Positions 1-7,156 of a DNA stretch of 10,587 bases are shown one piece after another. Numbering within the stretch: the first letter of the stretch is position 1; each line of letters starts with the position of its first letter. The translations under genes and the position numbers were made by a program. The notes beneath the pieces are model-generated. The model was given only the letters and a program-made list of their open reading frames with translations, had not been told where the DNA came from and did not search any database. The stretch comes from Pseudomonadota bacterium (lineage in GTDB: Bacteria; Bdellovibrionota_B; Oligoflexia; Oligoflexales; CAIYRB01), in the NCBI GenBank assembly GCA_031416315.1, contig JANOTL010000069.1, positions 1 through 10,587 of the forward strand, given 5' to 3'.

Positions 1-116
1 CCGGGCCAAGGCAATCCGGGCCAAGGCAATCCGGGCCAAGGCAATCCGGGCCAAGGCAATCCGGGCCAAGGCAATCCGGGCCAAGGCAATCCGGGCCAAG
101 GCAATCCGGGCCAAGG
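1..116. repeat. Perfect 15-bp tandem repeat CCGGGCCAAGGCAAT, 7 full copies plus an 11-bp partial copy, open at the left edge
   Basis: Read directly: identical units at 1, 16, 31, 46, 61, 76 and 91, partial unit at 106-116, no spacers. Confidence 0.98.
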
Positions 117-126
117 TCGCGGCTAA
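1..126 (+). CDS. 3' end of a gene (5'-truncated by the window edge) encoding a low-complexity tail (PGQGN)7-PGQGRG-stop
   Basis: Frame 1 reads CCG GGC CAA GGC AAT seven times, then CCG GGC CAA GGT CGC GGC TAA (stop 124-126). The stop lies immediately upstream of a hairpin-U terminator, and the repeat unit is a multiple of 3. Confidence 0.7.
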   Translation, partial: PGQGNPGQGNPGQGNPGQGNPGQGNPGQGNPGQGNPGQGRG

Positions 127-130
127 TCCA

Positions 131-176
131 AAGGAACGAGCCCTGAGGACCTCACGGTTCTCAGGGCTCGTTTTTT
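131..176 (+). terminator. Intrinsic terminator between convergent genes, possibly bidirectional
   Basis: Stem AACGAGCCCTGAGGACC (135-151) pairs with GGTTCTCAGGGCTCGTT (156-172) with one G-U pair, loop TCAC, T6 tract at 171-176. The A-rich 5' flank (AAAGGAA) gives an imperfect U tract on the - strand. It sits between stops at 126 (+) and 175 (-). Confidence 0.9.
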
Positions 177-2979
177 AGTGCGAGGTCTTGAAATAGGTGC
201 GCGGCATCACTTCGTCGAAGCTGACCTTCGGCAAGACCTCGTTGTTCGTGCCGACTTTCCACTCGACGTTGATCGGCACCAAATTCGGGGCCGCCGAAGT
301 CTCCTTGCCGTTCCCTTGACGAAGGATCGAGCCCACGAGCTTCAGCTTCTCGGCCGAGGCGGAGGAGAGACGCAGCGGGATGCGAACTTCGCCGAGCGTC
401 GACGAGAGCTCGGTCAAGCCGTCGAACTTCGTCGTATCGAGGCGGAAGTCCGCCCAGAGGTCGACGTTGCGCAGCGGGTAAAGACCGCCGACGCTGCCCG
501 AGCCCGTGACCAAGGTCGACCCGTTGAGGCCGACGTCGAGGGAAGAGATGCGCACGCTCTGCGCGCTCTGCACGTTGACCGCGGCCGAGGCCGTCAGATG
601 CGGCCAGGTCTTGCCGGTCTTCAGGTTGGCCAGCTCGTTTGCGCGCAATGACATTTGGAAGGGCGCGCGCACTGAGGGAAGCGGGATCGTGAACGAGCCG
701 TCGACGTCCACCTTGACCGTCTGCGCCTCGTAAGTCGTGCCGTTGTCGAGCGTGAGCGCGGCCTTCGCCGTGTCCGCCGTGATCTGCACCTTATGGCCGA
801 TGGCGCCGTCGGAGTGCGAGAATTTGCCGCTGAGGTTGTCGAAGTGCACGTTGCGCACGCCTTCGAGGTAGCCGTAATCGATGCCGGCCAGGTCGAAGCG
901 GCCGCTGCCGATGACCTCGCCTTGATACGGGAAATTGAAGGGCAGGAAGGCCCAGCTGCGCAGGTCGATCGGATTCATCAGGCGGGGAAAGCGCAGCTCG
1001 CCGCTGACGCTCGCCGACTTGGTGCGGACCAGGAAGTCCAGGCCGACCGTTTGCGCCAGCATGGCGAAGAGCGGGCCGTTGGCGCGGTAGCCGACGACGA
1101 GCTCGGAGCCCCGCGTCTTCACCGTCGCGTCGGCGCGGGTCGGAGCGAGGAGGCCGCGCTTGTCGAAGAAGTCGACCGCGACGTCGACGGAGCCGCCGTT
1201 GTCCTGGTGGTAAGCGAAGGCCGACTCGAGGCGCAGCTTCAGGTCACGAATGGCTGCGCCGTCCATCGTCGGCGCTTCGACGGCCGCGACCGTGCTTTTG
1301 CCCCAAAGCTCGGTACGGCCGGTCTCGGGAACGAGCCGATAGGTCGTGTCGAGGGTGACGCCGCGCATCGTGACGTCGGAGTCTTTCGAGCTCACGTCCG
1401 GCATGACGCGGACCATGCCGATGGTGCCGCGAGCGGTGACGTCGAACGCCGTCGTCGTCTTGAAGTACCGATCGAGAAGTTGATCCGGATTCGCGGCCTC
1501 GAGCCAGCCCGCGAGCTCCATCGGGCGGTCGACGAGGAAGCGGAAGGGAACCTCCGCCGCTACGTCGCTGATCAAGGTGTTCAAGTGGCGCGCCTCGGCG
1601 ATGTCGACCTTGGCGACGCCTTCGGCCGCGAGGCCGCCCTTGCCGTCGGACTTGAGGCGTACCGAGCCGTCGACCGTGCCTTTGACGTTGGTGGCGCCGA
1701 AGTCGAAAGGCATGAGCGTCTGGCGGAAGTCGCCGCTGAGCTCGACCGACATCGGGGTGCGCGAGCCGTCAATCTTGCCGACCACCGCCACCAGCGTCTG
1801 GTCGCCGCCGACGGCGACCTTGAGCTTGCGGACGTCGACGATGCCGCCGCCGCGGAGGCCGACGTCGGACTCGAAGTCGACCATGCGCGCCCAAGTAACG
1901 CCGTTCGGAGATCTCACCTCGGCGCCGAGGAAGCGGGTGTTGACGTCGAGGCCGCCGCCCTTCATCGCGACGTCGATCGAGACGTTGGCGTCGCGGACAA
2001 CGTATGTGTTCGCATCGCCGTGCTTGTAGGTCATGGCCTGCGTCGAGAACTTGGCGGCAAAAGCGTCGCCGGCGGCGCTCGGGACGGCCAAGCCCTTGAG
2101 CACGGTTTGGAACTGCGCGTTTGCGACCTGGACGCGGTCGAAACGCACCTTGCCGTCACCCTTGAGGACGGCGTCCAAGCCGAGTTGCAGCGGCAGCGCC
2201 TGCGCGCCGAGGAGCTGCTGGTTGCCCGGAGTCGCGGTGAACTTGCTGTCGGCCGTCAGGCGCAGGTCGCCCGAACGCGGCAGGTTGGCACGGATCCAGC
2301 CTTCGAGGCCGAGCTCCGCCGCGCCGCCCTGAAGCGCCGCGGTCAGGCGCGAGGTCGGGGTTCCACGCAGCTCGACGTTGGCATTGAAACCGTTGACGTC
2401 GATGTCGGCGTCGCCTTCGAGGTCGACGTGCGCGATGCGAATGGCGTCCCGCGTCGTCGCTCCGACCTTCTGGACCATCTTGAAGTCGGCGTCTTCGAGC
2501 GAGACCGAGCGCAGCCGCGCGCCGAGGAGGAGGCCGAGATCGCGCGGGCCGACCCCGACCGTGACCGGACGCCAGGTTGGACGCAGGTCGGCGCCGACGG
2601 TCATCTCACAATGCGGACGAGTGACGCGCAGGCGCTTCACGTCGGCGAACTTGAGGTCGCGGCCGAGCTCGCCCGAGACCTTCTCGATCTTGCAATTGAG
2701 CGCGCCGGCGTCGCCGGTGGAGGTCACGCGCACGTCTTCGAAAGCGAAGCCCAATCCGCCGCCCGAGGTCACTTTTCCGTAGGTGATCTCGAGGCCGGTG
2801 AGGCGCTTGACGCGGTCCCCGAAGTCCTTGCGGAAGTCTTCGGAGCCGAGGTACTCGCCCGTCAGATTCGGGACACGTATGTGCCAGAACACGGCGCCGA
2901 GGCCGACGGCCGTGCACAGAGCCAAAGCTCCGAAAAATAGACGATCGAGCTCGCTCGCATCCTTGTCGCGCTTCTTCAT
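175..2979 (-). CDS. Large membrane-anchored beta-rich envelope protein, 934 aa, AsmA/TamB/YdbH-like architecture (putative)
   Basis: ATG with GGAG RBS at 2989-2992 (- strand). Charged N-terminus, then one hydrophobic segment (LFFGALALCTAVGLGAVFW), a short helix ending RVKRLTGLEITYGKV...FAFEDVRV resembling AsmA-type N-termini, then about 850 aa of alternating hydrophobic/polar beta-strand pattern rich in G/V/D. Family assignment is from architecture, not from a recognised motif. Confidence 0.6.
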   Translation of the reverse strand: MKKRDKDASELDRLFFGALALCTAVGLGAVFWHIRVPNLTGEYLGSEDFRKDFGDRVKRLTGLEITYGKVTSGGGLGFAFEDVRVTSTGDAGALNCKIEKVSGELGRDLKFADVKRLRVTRPHCEMTVGADLRPTWRPVTVGVGPRDLGLLLGARLRSVSLEDADFKMVQKVGATTRDAIRIAHVDLEGDADIDVNGFNANVELRGTPTSRLTAALQGGAAELGLEGWIRANLPRSGDLRLTADSKFTATPGNQQLLGAQALPLQLGLDAVLKGDGKVRFDRVQVANAQFQTVLKGLAVPSAAGDAFAAKFSTQAMTYKHGDANTYVVRDANVSIDVAMKGGGLDVNTRFLGAEVRSPNGVTWARMVDFESDVGLRGGGIVDVRKLKVAVGGDQTLVAVVGKIDGSRTPMSVELSGDFRQTLMPFDFGATNVKGTVDGSVRLKSDGKGGLAAEGVAKVDIAEARHLNTLISDVAAEVPFRFLVDRPMELAGWLEAANPDQLLDRYFKTTTAFDVTARGTIGMVRVMPDVSSKDSDVTMRGVTLDTTYRLVPETGRTELWGKSTVAAVEAPTMDGAAIRDLKLRLESAFAYHQDNGGSVDVAVDFFDKRGLLAPTRADATVKTRGSELVVGYRANGPLFAMLAQTVGLDFLVRTKSASVSGELRFPRLMNPIDLRSWAFLPFNFPYQGEVIGSGRFDLAGIDYGYLEGVRNVHFDNLSGKFSHSDGAIGHKVQITADTAKAALTLDNGTTYEAQTVKVDVDGSFTIPLPSVRAPFQMSLRANELANLKTGKTWPHLTASAAVNVQSAQSVRISSLDVGLNGSTLVTGSGSVGGLYPLRNVDLWADFRLDTTKFDGLTELSSTLGEVRIPLRLSSASAEKLKLVGSILRQGNGKETSAAPNLVPINVEWKVGTNNEVLPKVSFDEVMPRTYFKTSH

Positions 2980-3205
2980 GCGTCAAGTCTCCAACGCAGA
3001 GGTCCCAAATTCTGATGGCACGGGGCAATCGGCGCGGTGAGGCGTGAACTGAGCAAGTATTTCCCGGGCAGAAAAGGCGCCGGAAAAAACCCCGGGCCAG
3101 GCGTCCCCTTAAGCCCGTTTTTGCTGGTTTTTCCAAGGCCCCATCCAGCCATTCCGCCGGACGTTACTCGGGGCGTCGGATGTGATACGTCCTCGATTTC
3201 GAGAC

Positions 3206-3220
3206 CGGCATGTTTTGCGC
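3206..3220 (+). promoter_or_regulatory. Possible sigma54 (-24/-12) promoter for the metalloprotease gene
   Basis: CGGCATG-TTTT-GCGC has GG (3207-3208), N10, GC (3219-3220), compared with consensus TGGCACG-N4-TTGC. It lacks the TT before GC and lies 56 bp upstream of the ATG. Confidence 0.3.
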
Positions 3221-3276
3221 GAAAGCCCCCCCCGGAAAAGCCCTCCGAATCTCACGAAACCTTTGAGGAGTGACCT

Positions 3277-5916
3277 ATGTACGGGATGAAGCTCGTCTCC
3301 ATGGCCCTGGCTGCGGCGGGGCTTGCCGCCTGCGGCGCCCGTCCTGCCGCGACCGACCGCCGCATCGAGGCGACCGGGGCCCCCGTCGTCGTCTCCGTGG
3401 CGGCCGAGAAGAGCGGCGCGCTGGACCGGGCCCTCGCCGGGCCCGATGCCGAGACCCTCGGCCGCGCCGACGCCAGCGCGCGCGACAAAGGCACGACGGA
3501 AGCGACCAAAGCGGTCCGCGCGCACGTGACCTTGAGCAAAAGGGCGATTTTTGATCGTGAGTTTCTTTGGGGCGTCGACCTCCAGCACAGCTCCGGCAGC
3601 GACGCCGAGTACGAGCTGATCAACCAGGCCATCTCGCTCGGCCACGTGCCGGCGCACTTCCGTCGGCTCGGGGACACCCTTCAGCTCCTTGCCGATCAGA
3701 GCCGCCTTTTCGAGTCGGACATCAACCATCCCGAGCTCCTGCTCGCACAGTACGAGATCGTCGCGGAGCACGACGACAGCCTCGAGGTCGTCGTCGATCG
3801 CGCCGGCACGGTGGTCAACGAGCTCTACAACGGACGCGGCAGCCCGGCGCCGAAGGAGACTTGGCTTCGCTCGCTGACTTGGGTCGAGGACGGGAGCTAC
3901 CTGCTCCAGGAAACTGGCCTCCTGCTGCAAGACGGCACCGTCGAGACCTTCATCGAGAGCGTCTTCCCGCGCTCCGCTCTGGTGCGCGCGGACTTCCCGC
4001 AGCTCCTGAACGACGCGAGCCTCGAGCCTTTGGCCGAGCGCTTCCGCTTCCTTTCGAACGAGTCGGTTTATCTGCCTTACGACGCCGGCGACCACATCGC
4101 GCGCCGGAAAACGCAGGTCGCGACGCGCTACGACATCGCCAACGGCAAAACGATCGACTTCTACGTCACGCGCAACATCCCAGACAAGTTCCTACCGGCC
4201 ATGAAAAGCGGTATCGAAGGGTGGAACCGCTACTTCGAGGCGGAGCACGGCCGCGCCGTCATGCGCTTTGTCGGCCGTCTGCCGCAGGGCGTCGCCCTGG
4301 GCGACCCGCGCTACAACGTCGTCGAGTGGGACTCCGTCGAGGACGCCGGTGCCGCCTATGAATCACAGGCGGCAGACCCGATCAGCGGCGTGCAGAGCCA
4401 CAGCCTCATCTACATGCCTTACGCCTGGTACAACATCGGCGCCGCACTTTGGCATCGCCGCGTCGATGGGCTGAACGGCGTCGAGGCGGAGCGCGCCGCG
4501 CGCACGCGTCTCGAGCCGAAAGGCGCCGCGCTGCTCGGCCGCGGCCGTCGCGCCCTCAGCTGCGTCCGTACCGTCAACGACCTTGCGGCCAATGCCGACC
4601 AGGTCGCGGACGAGATCTTGGGCCAAGACGACGCCACGTCGATGTCGGCCGACGAGTTCGGCATGCGAATCCTGGTCGCCACGCTCTTTCACGAAGTCGG
4701 GCATTCGCTCGGCTTGGCGCACAACTTCAAGGCGTCCCTGGCCTTCGACGGCACCAAGCCGGTGAGCGCCGAGAATCCAACGACTTGGTCCTCGATGGAC
4801 TACAACTATTATCAGCACGAGCTCGACCTCTTCGAGGAAGTCGGCGGCACCGAAGGGCCGAAGCTCGAGTACGATCGTCAGATCATCAGCGCGCTCTACG
4901 GCGACATGAGCGCCGTCAGCGCCGCCGACAAAGTCATTCCGGCGTGCAACGACGACGAGGCCGACGCTACGGCGGGCGGCGTCGATCCCTTGTGCCAACG
5001 CTATGACTCTGAAGCGAATCCGTCGCACGGCGTGACCCACGCGTGGGGCAACTTCGCCAACGCGACCGGGGCCGGCGGCTTCGAGCGCAAGACCTTGGCC
5101 GAAGCCCTCATCGGCCTCGAAGAGAAGCTCGGCGCCAAGCTCTCCGACCCGGCCACCGGCGCGGATCGGGCAGCGCTCGAAGAGGCCTCTGCGCAGCTCG
5201 GCGCAAAAGTGGGCGATCTCGTCCGCTTCTACGCCTCGAGCGGCGCGCAGTCCGTGCGCGGCAACTTGATCAGCAACGACAAGGCGATCCGCGTTTGGAG
5301 CCCGATCGATCCGGCATCCTTGATCCAGCTCGACGAGAGCTCAGCGCGGCGCGCCTCGTTCGCGGTCCTTTCTACGGCGGTCGCAGTCGAAACTTTGCCG
5401 GAGGCCCCGCGCGCCGCGGCGGCGGCGCTAGCGGATAAAGTCGCCGCAGCCGTGAAGGCGAACCCGAATGCGGGCGAAACCGAGGCGGCGCGCCAAGCGA
5501 CGGGCGACGCCGCGAAAGCCGCCTTCTCGGCGCGCTTCGAAGCGCTCACCGAAGCGGCCCTCGCGCGTCTGCGCACAGGCGCGGCGTCTTTGATCGGCTC
5601 CTCCGAGGAAAGCCCGTTCGCGTTACGCTGGGCGGCCGACCGCTCGGGCGACGTCACCGGCTTCGAGGACTGGAGCGCCGCAGCGCTGGCGCAGCGGACC
5701 CTCGCGGGCTTGGCCCAGGCCGACGGCCGCGGCGCCGAACGCGCCGCCGCGGCCGCGACTCTGGCCTCGTTCCGGGGCCTCGAGGGCGACGCCGGGAAAG
5801 CCGTGGACGACACCGAGGCCGCCGTGCGCGCGCTGGTGACGGCCGCGCGGCAGACGGGCGACCAGGAGTTGGTGGCCGAGGGCCGGGCCTTGTTGAAAGC
5901 CTTGGCCGGCGGCTGA
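3277..5916 (+). CDS. Lipoprotein zinc-dependent metalloprotease (metzincin, EcxA/DUF4953-like), 879 aa
   Basis: GAGGAG RBS at 3265-3270. Signal peptide with lipobox LAA-C19. Extended zinc motif HEVGHSLGLAH (HExxHxxGxxH, 4690-4722) followed by NFKAS and Met-turn SSMDY (Met at 4795). Upstream GIEGWNRYF and GDPRYNVVEW segments match the EcxA-like pattern. Ala-rich helical C-terminal region. Confidence 0.92.
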   Translation: MYGMKLVSMALAAAGLAACGARPAATDRRIEATGAPVVVSVAAEKSGALDRALAGPDAETLGRADASARDKGTTEATKAVRAHVTLSKRAIFDREFLWGVDLQHSSGSDAEYELINQAISLGHVPAHFRRLGDTLQLLADQSRLFESDINHPELLLAQYEIVAEHDDSLEVVVDRAGTVVNELYNGRGSPAPKETWLRSLTWVEDGSYLLQETGLLLQDGTVETFIESVFPRSALVRADFPQLLNDASLEPLAERFRFLSNESVYLPYDAGDHIARRKTQVATRYDIANGKTIDFYVTRNIPDKFLPAMKSGIEGWNRYFEAEHGRAVMRFVGRLPQGVALGDPRYNVVEWDSVEDAGAAYESQAADPISGVQSHSLIYMPYAWYNIGAALWHRRVDGLNGVEAERAARTRLEPKGAALLGRGRRALSCVRTVNDLAANADQVADEILGQDDATSMSADEFGMRILVATLFHEVGHSLGLAHNFKASLAFDGTKPVSAENPTTWSSMDYNYYQHELDLFEEVGGTEGPKLEYDRQIISALYGDMSAVSAADKVIPACNDDEADATAGGVDPLCQRYDSEANPSHGVTHAWGNFANATGAGGFERKTLAEALIGLEEKLGAKLSDPATGADRAALEEASAQLGAKVGDLVRFYASSGAQSVRGNLISNDKAIRVWSPIDPASLIQLDESSARRASFAVLSTAVAVETLPEAPRAAAAALADKVAAAVKANPNAGETEAARQATGDAAKAAFSARFEALTEAALARLRTGAASLIGSSEESPFALRWAADRSGDVTGFEDWSAAALAQRTLAGLAQADGRGAERAAAAATLASFRGLEGDAGKAVDDTEAAVRALVTAARQTGDQELVAEGRALLKALAGG

Positions 5917-5922
5917 GGCGGG

Positions 5923-5951
5923 TTGGAGGCTGTGGCGGATTCTGTTACGCT
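5923..5951 (+). promoter_or_regulatory. Putative sigma70-type promoter for the catalase-like gene
   Basis: TTGGAG (5923-5928), 17-bp spacer, TACGCT (5946-5951), with an extended -10 TG at 5943-5944, inside the 67-bp intergenic gap. Confidence 0.45.
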
Positions 5952-5983
5952 TTTTGGGAGAATTCCGAAAAGAGGTCCGAATC

Positions 5984-7150
5984 ATGAGCCAGCGCCTCGC
6001 CATGGCCGCTCTCAGCCTTGCCGCCGTGTCCGTGTCGTGCCGGTCGACCGACAAGCGGACGTCCGCCGGGCTCAAAGACGCCGAGGGCGCGGCGATGGCT
6101 GCGGATCCGTTCGCCTTGGACACGGAGCTTGGCGAAACCGCCTGGCCGGACGAGCGCGAGCTGACCGAGGAGATCACGGCGGCGATCAAAAAGCAGATCG
6201 CCGCTGCCTACCCGGACGGCAAACGCCCGGCGCGACGTGACGCGCACCCGAAGGCGCACGGCTGCGTCAAAGGCGAGTTCAAGGTCAGCGCCAATATCCC
6301 GGAGACTCTGGCGCACGGCGCGTTCGTCGCCGGCAAGTCGTACAAGACCTGGATCCGCTTCTCCAACGGCGATGCCGACCCGACGCGGCCCGACAAGGAC
6401 GGCGACGCCCGCGGCATGGCGATCAAGGTCATCGGCGTTCCGGGCGCCAAGCTTCTGTCCGAAGGGGCCGGGGCCGACACGCAAGACTTCGTCATGATCA
6501 ACCATCCGGTCTTCTTCGTCGACAATCCGAAGTCCTACCTGGCGGTGATCCAGAAGCTCAACAGCTCGAATCCCCTCGTCAGCCTCACCGCTCCCGCAGC
6601 TTTGGGCTTGAAGGGCGCTCTCATCGCGAAGGCGATCACAGGCAAGAAGATCTCGAGCCCATTGTCGACGCGCTACTGGTCGACGGTGCCCTACCGCTTA
6701 GGCGTCGAGCCGCCGCGTCAGGCCGTGAAGTACTCTGCCATCCCTTGCTTCGCTCCGACTGAAGGCGTGCCGACGAATCCGGGTCCCGACTATCTGCGCG
6801 AGGCGATGGTGAAGCAGCTCGGCGACAAAGACGCATGCTTCGAGTTCCTCGTGCAGCCCCGCACCACGCCTTCGATGAGCATCGAGAACTCGATGGTCGA
6901 GTGGAAGGAGGCCGAGGCGCCTTTCCTGAAGGTCGCGACAATCCGGATCCCAAAGCAGACTTTCAACACGGCGGCGCAGCATGAGTTCTGCGAGAATTTG
7001 TCGTTCACGCCGTGGCATACGACGGCGGAGCATCGGCCCCTCGGCGCGGTGAATCGGGTGCGACGCGTGGTGTATGAGGAGATCTCGAAGCTGCGGCACG
7101 GGATGAACGCGGCGCCGCGGGCGGAGCCGAGCGGCAGCGAGAGCTTCTAG
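5984..7150 (+). CDS. Catalase-family heme protein (mini-catalase, y4iL-like), probable lipoprotein, 388 aa
   Basis: Start revised from 5954 to ATG 5984 (AGAGGT RBS at 5971-5976). Signal peptide ending VSVS-C19. Catalase-like motifs: RRDAHPKAHGC (distal His88), IRFSNG, DARGMAIKV, QDFVMINHPVFF (distal Asn173), LSFTPWH and HRPLGAVNRVRRVVY (proximal Tyr364). Confidence 0.92.
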   Translation: MSQRLAMAALSLAAVSVSCRSTDKRTSAGLKDAEGAAMAADPFALDTELGETAWPDERELTEEITAAIKKQIAAAYPDGKRPARRDAHPKAHGCVKGEFKVSANIPETLAHGAFVAGKSYKTWIRFSNGDADPTRPDKDGDARGMAIKVIGVPGAKLLSEGAGADTQDFVMINHPVFFVDNPKSYLAVIQKLNSSNPLVSLTAPAALGLKGALIAKAITGKKISSPLSTRYWSTVPYRLGVEPPRQAVKYSAIPCFAPTEGVPTNPGPDYLREAMVKQLGDKDACFEFLVQPRTTPSMSIENSMVEWKEAEAPFLKVATIRIPKQTFNTAAQHEFCENLSFTPWHTTAEHRPLGAVNRVRRVVYEEISKLRHGMNAAPRAEPSGSESF

Positions 7151-7156
7151 CCCTCC

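Noticed and set aside
1..116. Tandem repeat as a CRISPR array or iteron set
   Set aside because: The units are contiguous 15-mers with no spacers and there are no cas or rep genes. The repeat reads in frame into a stop codon and terminator.
793..2940. 715-aa + strand ORF antisense to the 934-aa gene
   Set aside because: Shadow ORF expected from GC-rich codon bias. It has no motifs and is rich in V/D/E/R/H, as is typical of reverse-complement codons.
3016..3030. TGGCACG as a sigma54 -24 element on the + strand
   Set aside because: It is followed by GGGCAATC, with no GC at the -12 position, and lies far from the next + strand start.
3109..4095. 328-aa - strand ORF and other ORFs overlapping the protease gene
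   Set aside because: They are antisense or alternate-frame to a gene with clear RBS, lipobox and zinc motifs, and have Arg-rich or featureless translations.
5954..5983. Upstream TTG start for the catalase-like gene
   Set aside because: ATG 5984 has an RBS and gives a proper signal peptide, and the TTG overlaps the predicted promoter region.
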